Source: Candidatus Bipolaricaulia bacterium
Lineage (GTDB): Bacteria > Bipolaricaulota > Bipolaricaulia > JBHIAT01
Direction: 5' to 3'
Assembly (NCBI GenBank): GCA_046758705.1
Contig: JBHIAT010000110.1
Coordinates: 1-12,367 of the forward strand
Length of the DNA stretch: 12,367 nucleotides
Shown: positions 8,417 through 12,367 of the stretch, in pieces
Position numbering within the stretch: position 1 is the stretch's first letter
Layout: every line of letters starts with the position of its first letter
Notes under the pieces: model-generated
Seen by the model: the letters and a program-made list of their open reading frames with translations, nothing else
Told to the model about the DNA's origin: nothing
The model's database searches: none
Position numbers and translations under genes: made by a program

Positions 8417-9523
8417 CTACTCCCGTGCGAAGTTGAAGGTGCGCAACGCAACGATGAACGTCAGGACGATCCAGCCACCCACAAACGCTAGCTCCGTTCC
8501 TAACGCCGACAGGGCTTCCCCATCGAGCGCTACCGCTCGCAACGCCTTCAGCAACCAGGTCAACGGCAGCACCTCGACGATCTTCTGCATGATCTCAGGC
8601 AAACTGTCGACCGCGAGAAACACCCCCGACAGAAACATCATCGGCATGGCGACCACGTTCGCCATCCCCTCGGCCGACTTCGATGTCTGGCTCAAGCCGG
8701 CGACGATGAACCCAAGGTTCAGGAAGATAAAATTCCCCAACAGCGCCAGGATGTAGATATAGATCAGGTTGCCGTAGATGTTGACGTCGTAAACGAGCTT
8801 GGCGATCCCGATGATTAACGACGTCTGCACCAGAGACAGGATCAGATAAGAGGTCACCTCAGCGGTCAGAAACTGCCTCACCGACAGCGGCGTCGCCAGA
8901 ATCCGCTTCAGGATCCGCTGCTCTCGATACCGGGAGACACCCACCGAAATCCCGAACAGGGACGAGAACATGAGTGACATTCCGATGACGCCGGGCATGA
9001 GGAAGTCTATGTAAGTGAGCTGTTTGGCATCCAGGGGATGTGTCTCGAGCGTGAACAGCTGTGGAGCGCCTACAGCTTGTAGATTGGCTTCGGACGTGAA
9101 CTGGCGCAGGAACCCGAGGACAATCGGATTCGTCTGCCCGTTCTTCTGATCGAAGTAAACCTGGAGCGCGGCGGTCGAGGTCGAGGGGAGCAAACCACCG
9201 GCACCGGCTTGAGGCGATCCGAACGACTCGGGGATGACGATGACGAAGCTCAGCTCACCGTCCTTGAGCGCCTGTCGACCGGTGGCCTCGTCGGTGATGG
9301 TCTCATCGATCTCGAAGAAATCGATGTTACGCAGTTCATCCACCATGATCCGTGAGACCGGTGAATTCGCCCGGTCGATGATGGCCACGTCTCCGCCCCC
9401 ACCACCGTCAAAGTTGAACAGGCCGAAGATGAGGATGAACATGATCGGGAAGACCAGGGACCAAAAGAACGTCTGGCGGTCGCGGTACATCATCTTGAGG
9501 TCGGCAATCAGTAACTTCAGCAT
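8417..9523 (-). CDS. ABC-2 type exporter permease
   Basis: N-terminal helix, extracytoplasmic loop, YIDFLMPGVIGM, ILKRILATPL, PMMFLSGVF, LPLTW. AAGGAGG SD. Confidence 0.93.
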   Translation of the reverse strand: MLKLLIADLKMMYRDRQTFFWSLVFPIMFILIFGLFNFDGGGGGDVAIIDRANSPVSRIMVDELRNIDFFEIDETITDEATGRQALKDGELSFVIVIPESFGSPQAGAGGLLPSTSTAALQVYFDQKNGQTNPIVLGFLRQFTSEANLQAVGAPQLFTLETHPLDAKQLTYIDFLMPGVIGMSLMFSSLFGISVGVSRYREQRILKRILATPLSVRQFLTAEVTSYLILSLVQTSLIIGIAKLVYDVNIYGNLIYIYILALLGNFIFLNLGFIVAGLSQTSKSAEGMANVVAMPMMFLSGVFLAVDSLPEIMQKIVEVLPLTWLLKALRAVALDGEALSALGTELAFVGGWIVLTFIVALRTFNFARE

Positions 9524-9541
9524 CGGTATCTACCTCCTTGG

Positions 9542-10474
9542 CTAATCTCGGAGTTCCTTGCCGGTCAGCTCGAGGAAGACGTCCTCCAGATTGGCCGGCA
9601 GAACCTCGATGTCGGTCAGCTCGACTCCTTGAGCCTCTAACCGACTCAACAGTGCCAGCAGGCTTTCGTGGGCATCGGTGACCGACAGCTCATAAAACGG
9701 GTGACCGTGATCATCAAGCGGTTTGACCAACAGAACCCCGTTCACATCTTTGAATGCCTCAAGGGAAACTTCGCTGTCGGTCATCAGTCGAAGGCGATCG
9801 GAGGACTCGATGTTGTGGATCAAGTTGGGTGGTGTGTCGAGGGCGATGATCCGCCCTGAGTCGATGATCGCCACCCGATCGCAGAGGAGTTCCGCCTCCT
9901 CCATGTAGTGAGTGGTCAACACAATCGTCTTGCCTGATTCGTTGATCTTCTGGATAAAGTCCCACAGGTGGCGCCGTGCCTGAGGATCAAGGCCGGTCGT
10001 CGGCTCGTCTAAGAAGACGACCTCGGGATCGTTGACCAGGCTGGCCACGATCGAGAACCGCTGCTTCTGACCGCCGGAGAGCTCTTTGACGAGCGCGTTT
10101 CGCTTTTCGTAAAGACCGACGGTCTTCAACAGTTCGTCTGCCTAGACATGCGTCCGGTAGAAGCTGGCGAACAGCTCCAGAATCTCGGTGAGGGTCAGGT
10201 AGTCGTAGTAGGCTGAGGACTGAAGTTGGACGCCGATCCGTTCTTTGACCTTTCGTCTCTCCGTCCGGGAATCCAAGTTGAGCACCAGGGTGCGGCCGGA
10301 GGTCGGCTTCTGAAGCCCCTCGATGATCTCGAGGGTGGTGGTCTTGCCAGCGCCGTTGGGGCCGAGCAGACCAAAGATCTCACCGGCTTTGACCTCGAAC
10401 GAGATCCCATCAACGGCCACCAGATCACCGAATCGCTTGGTCAGCTCTTCCACTACGATGACGGACATGTTCAT
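9542..10474 (-). pseudogene. ABC-2 exporter ATP-binding subunit (DrrA/CcmA-like), 310 codons, interrupted by one in-frame TAG at 10142-10144 (pseudogene, sequence error or readthrough)
   Basis: ATG 10474 with AAGGAGG SD; Walker A GPNGAGKTT; then FYRTHV*ADELLKTVGL in one continuous frame; LSGGQ signature, Walker B VVFLDEPTTGLD, LTTHYMEEA, C-terminal NLEDVFLELTG. The two ORF-track pieces are one gene. Confidence 0.85.
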
Positions 10475-10516
10475 GAACCTCCTTCTTTTCCAATTTACTT
10501 TCTTACCCCGACAGGA

Positions 10517-10560
10517 AGTATATCCCGTAGATGTTAAAAAATTGTTAACACGATTGTTAA
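10517..10560 (-). promoter_or_regulatory. ABC operon promoter: TATACT -10 box with three upstream TTAACA direct repeats
   Basis: Minus-strand TTAACA at 10555-10560, 10543-10548 and 10532-10537; TATACT at 10517-10522. Confidence 0.6.
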
Positions 10561-10660
10561 ACACGGAGGTCCCATGGGAAGCGGCTTTCCGCAAACACCT
10601 GATGGGGTGGATGACTATAAAGAGGAGGGATTAACGGGGAGGTTGCAACGATGCTTGGTC

Positions 10661-11284
10661 TCAATTGTCCATGTCCATACGAAACACTTGGAGCATTTGC
10701 GCTATACCTTCTACCTCTCCGGTAAGCAAAACACGCCATTCAGACCCGTAGCGCTGGAGACTGATGACAGCAATCTGCGTCATCGTGATATTAATATCAT
10801 CATCACCAAAGTCATCAAAGCGGAGGTTCATTCGATAGACCACGTGTGCCACCTCTGGCCCTTCATTAACGTATCCCAGAGTCATAATCTCAGAGTTTGA
10901 TAATCCTTCAAGCGCAAACGCCAAAGTCTGGCCCTTGAAGAAACTCACGCAGAATTGCTGTAAATTCAGCTGTGAAAGCTTGTTGATATCATCGACGTCC
11001 CCGAATATTAATTCAAAAAATTCCTCTCCGCCCCCGGATCTATCAGCTTCAAGAGCAATAGGAAGTATTAGATTTCTCAATTTATCGATAGCCTCTGGAT
11101 GCATCAACTCACAAACGAGATCCCAGTTGTTCTCACGCAAGGCTATGAAGTAAGCATGCGCAACGGACTCCGGTGTCTCAGGGTCAGCTTGTGTATTGAT
11201 CTGTAAATAAGGGGCTAATACCAGGATGAGAGAAACACTCATCACCAGTAGCAGTGTCCGCACGCCTAATTTTCGAATTGTCAT
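10661..11284 (-). CDS. Hypothetical exported protein (signal peptide or membrane anchor; possibly NTF2-like fold)
   Basis: GGAGG SD before ATG 11284; basic then hydrophobic N-terminus MTIRKLGVRTLLLVMSVSLILVLA; TPESVAHAYFIALRENNWDLVCELMHP and a terminal GSEWRVL strand resemble NTF2-like exported proteins (inference). Confidence 0.7.
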   Translation of the reverse strand: MTIRKLGVRTLLLVMSVSLILVLAPYLQINTQADPETPESVAHAYFIALRENNWDLVCELMHPEAIDKLRNLILPIALEADRSGGGEEFFELIFGDVDDINKLSQLNLQQFCVSFFKGQTLAFALEGLSNSEIMTLGYVNEGPEVAHVVYRMNLRFDDFGDDDINITMTQIAVISLQRYGSEWRVLLTGEVEGIAQMLQVFRMDMDN

Positions 11285-11442
11285 TATGGTGACCTCCCAC
11301 CCGATAAGTTCGCCCAACTTATTTATACCCACTGATGGGTCAAATCATTCCGGTCCTTTGGCATTCACCTATCCCTTGCTGAATACCTATTCCATGCCAT
11401 CTGGAGAAATATTGTCGCGCCTTCCCTCTCCATTCTTTATAA

Positions 11443-11514
11443 TCGTGGAAGGAGTTTGATTTCCTGGGCATGATGCAACAGCTCGGCGTCGTGCCCCCGC
11501 CGGAGCAGGAGGGT
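11443..11514 (+). pseudogene. Possible C-terminal remnant of a SnoaL-like ester cyclase gene
   Basis: Frame reads SWKEFDFLGMMQQLGVVPPPEQEG, matching the recalled W-x-x-x-D-x-LG-x-MQQLG-x-x-P C-terminal motif of ester cyclases; an in-frame TAA lies immediately upstream. Confidence 0.45.
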
Positions 11515-11523
11515 GAATCCACA

Positions 11524-12348
11524 ATGGAACACGAACATGAACACGAGCCCAGTCACCATGATCACCATGGAGATCACGGTGGAGAGCATGAGGAGTCGAT
11601 TCATCTGAAGGAGACTGGGATTGGGTCCCAGAGCCACCACGCCTATATGGTGGCCGACTACCGTCGCCGGTTCTGGGTCTCACTGGTTCTATCCCTTCCG
11701 GTCCTCGCCCTGGCACCGCTTATCCAGGAGTTTCTGGGTGTCGAGGAAACCTGGAACTTCCCAGGAGACAGCTATGTGCAATTTGGTTTCGCCACCGTGG
11801 TGTACTTCTACGGCGGTTGGCCTTTTCTGAAAGGATTTTTTGATGAGCTGGATAAGAGACAGCCGGGGATGATGACGCTCCTCTCCATGGCCATCACCGT
11901 GGCCTACACCTACAGTACTGCGGTGGTGTTTGGCCTGCCTGGCAAGGTCTTCTTCTGGGAGCTTGCCACGCTGACCGACGTTATGTTGCTGGGCCACTGG
12001 ATCGAGATGCGCTCGATCATGGGGGCTTCCAGGGCACTGGAGGAGTTGGTCAAACTCATGCCCACCGAGGCACACCGGCTGAAGGAGGACGGCGCTACAG
12101 AGGACGTGCCGGTGACCGAGCTGAAGCGCAGCGACCGGGTGTTGGTGAAGCCAGGCGAGAAGATCCCCACCGACGGGATGGTCGTCGAAGGCCGCACCAC
12201 CATTAATGAGGCCATGCTCACCGGCGAGAGCAAGCCGGTAGAGAAAGGCGGGGGGGACGAGGTCATTGGGGGGGCCATCAATGGAGAGTCGGCGATTGCC
12301 GTCGAGGTACAAAGAGCTTTCTCAGAAAGTCGGCAATCGAAAAAATGA
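11524..12348 (+). pseudogene. copB: Truncated heavy-metal P1B-type ATPase, CopB-like (His-rich N-terminus)
   Basis: MEHEHEHEPSHHDHH... N-terminus, YGGWPFLKG, PGMMTLL, FFWELATL, LLGHWIEM, KPGEKIPTDG, MLTGES. Stop at 12346-12348 comes before the CPx, DKTGT and ATP-binding regions. GGAGGG SD favours ATG 11524. Confidence 0.85.
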
Positions 12349-12367
12349 GAGGTAAAGAAGAAGGGCC
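12314..12367. mobile_element. Possible end of an insertion sequence interrupting the ATPase
   Basis: ATPase-like sequence ends abruptly at AVEVQR, followed by GAGCTTTCTCAGAAAG (resembling GAG-starting IS5-type ends) and A-rich sequence. No transposase visible. Confidence 0.3.

Noticed and set aside
4953..10144. Genome-wide TAG reassignment (alternative genetic code)
   Set aside because: TAG terminates the kinase, permease and ATPase at their expected C-termini, and only one internal TAG occurs in the window.
10129..10144. Programmed frameshift or natural two-gene split of the ABC ATPase
   Set aside because: Both halves share one frame, there is no slippery sequence, and the downstream TTG has no SD.
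10475..10594. Longer N-termini in the ORF track (starts 10594, 7196, 11332, 11470)
   Set aside because: Extensions run through promoter-like or remnant sequence; downstream ATGs have better SD or family-typical starts.
11527..11592. Short DNA repeats (GAACAC/GAACAT, CACCATG)
   Set aside because: Explained by the His/Glu-rich metal-binding N-terminus of the ATPase.
12361..12367. Window ends in GGGCC and begins with GCC, hinting at circularity or a second IS6 end
   Set aside because: Match is too short, and the inward sequence (GGCCCTTCTTC) lacks the TGTT core of the IS6 TIR.
1..12367. CRISPR array, tRNA/rRNA, or c-di-GMP riboswitch near the DGC or sigma genes
   Set aside because: No spaced repeats, cloverleaf or GEMM-type motif recognised by eye in the intergenic regions; an Infernal/tRNAscan run would be needed to exclude them.

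Overview
Bacterial window, mostly a co-directional minus-strand block. In transcription order: lower-GC exported hypothetical protein; ABC-2 exporter (ATPase interrupted by one in-frame TAG, plus permease); membrane GGDEF diguanylate cyclase; soluble PAS-GAF-GAF NarX-type kinase; NarL-type regulator; REC-HK-REC hybrid kinase; OmpR-type regulator; SigB/SigF-type sigma factor with no adjacent anti-sigma genes. A short IS6-family element occupies the left end (1-650). A divergent His-rich CopB-type P1B ATPase at the right end is cut off after its actuator domain, possibly by another IS end. Most notable: the in-frame amber in an otherwise intact ABC ATPase, the dense multi-family signalling cascade ending in an orphan sigma factor, Pho-box-like TTAACA repeats at the ABC promoter, an 8-bp tandem repeat tract, and two gene remnants around the ATPase. 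Family calls come from motif recognition by eye; no database search was run.
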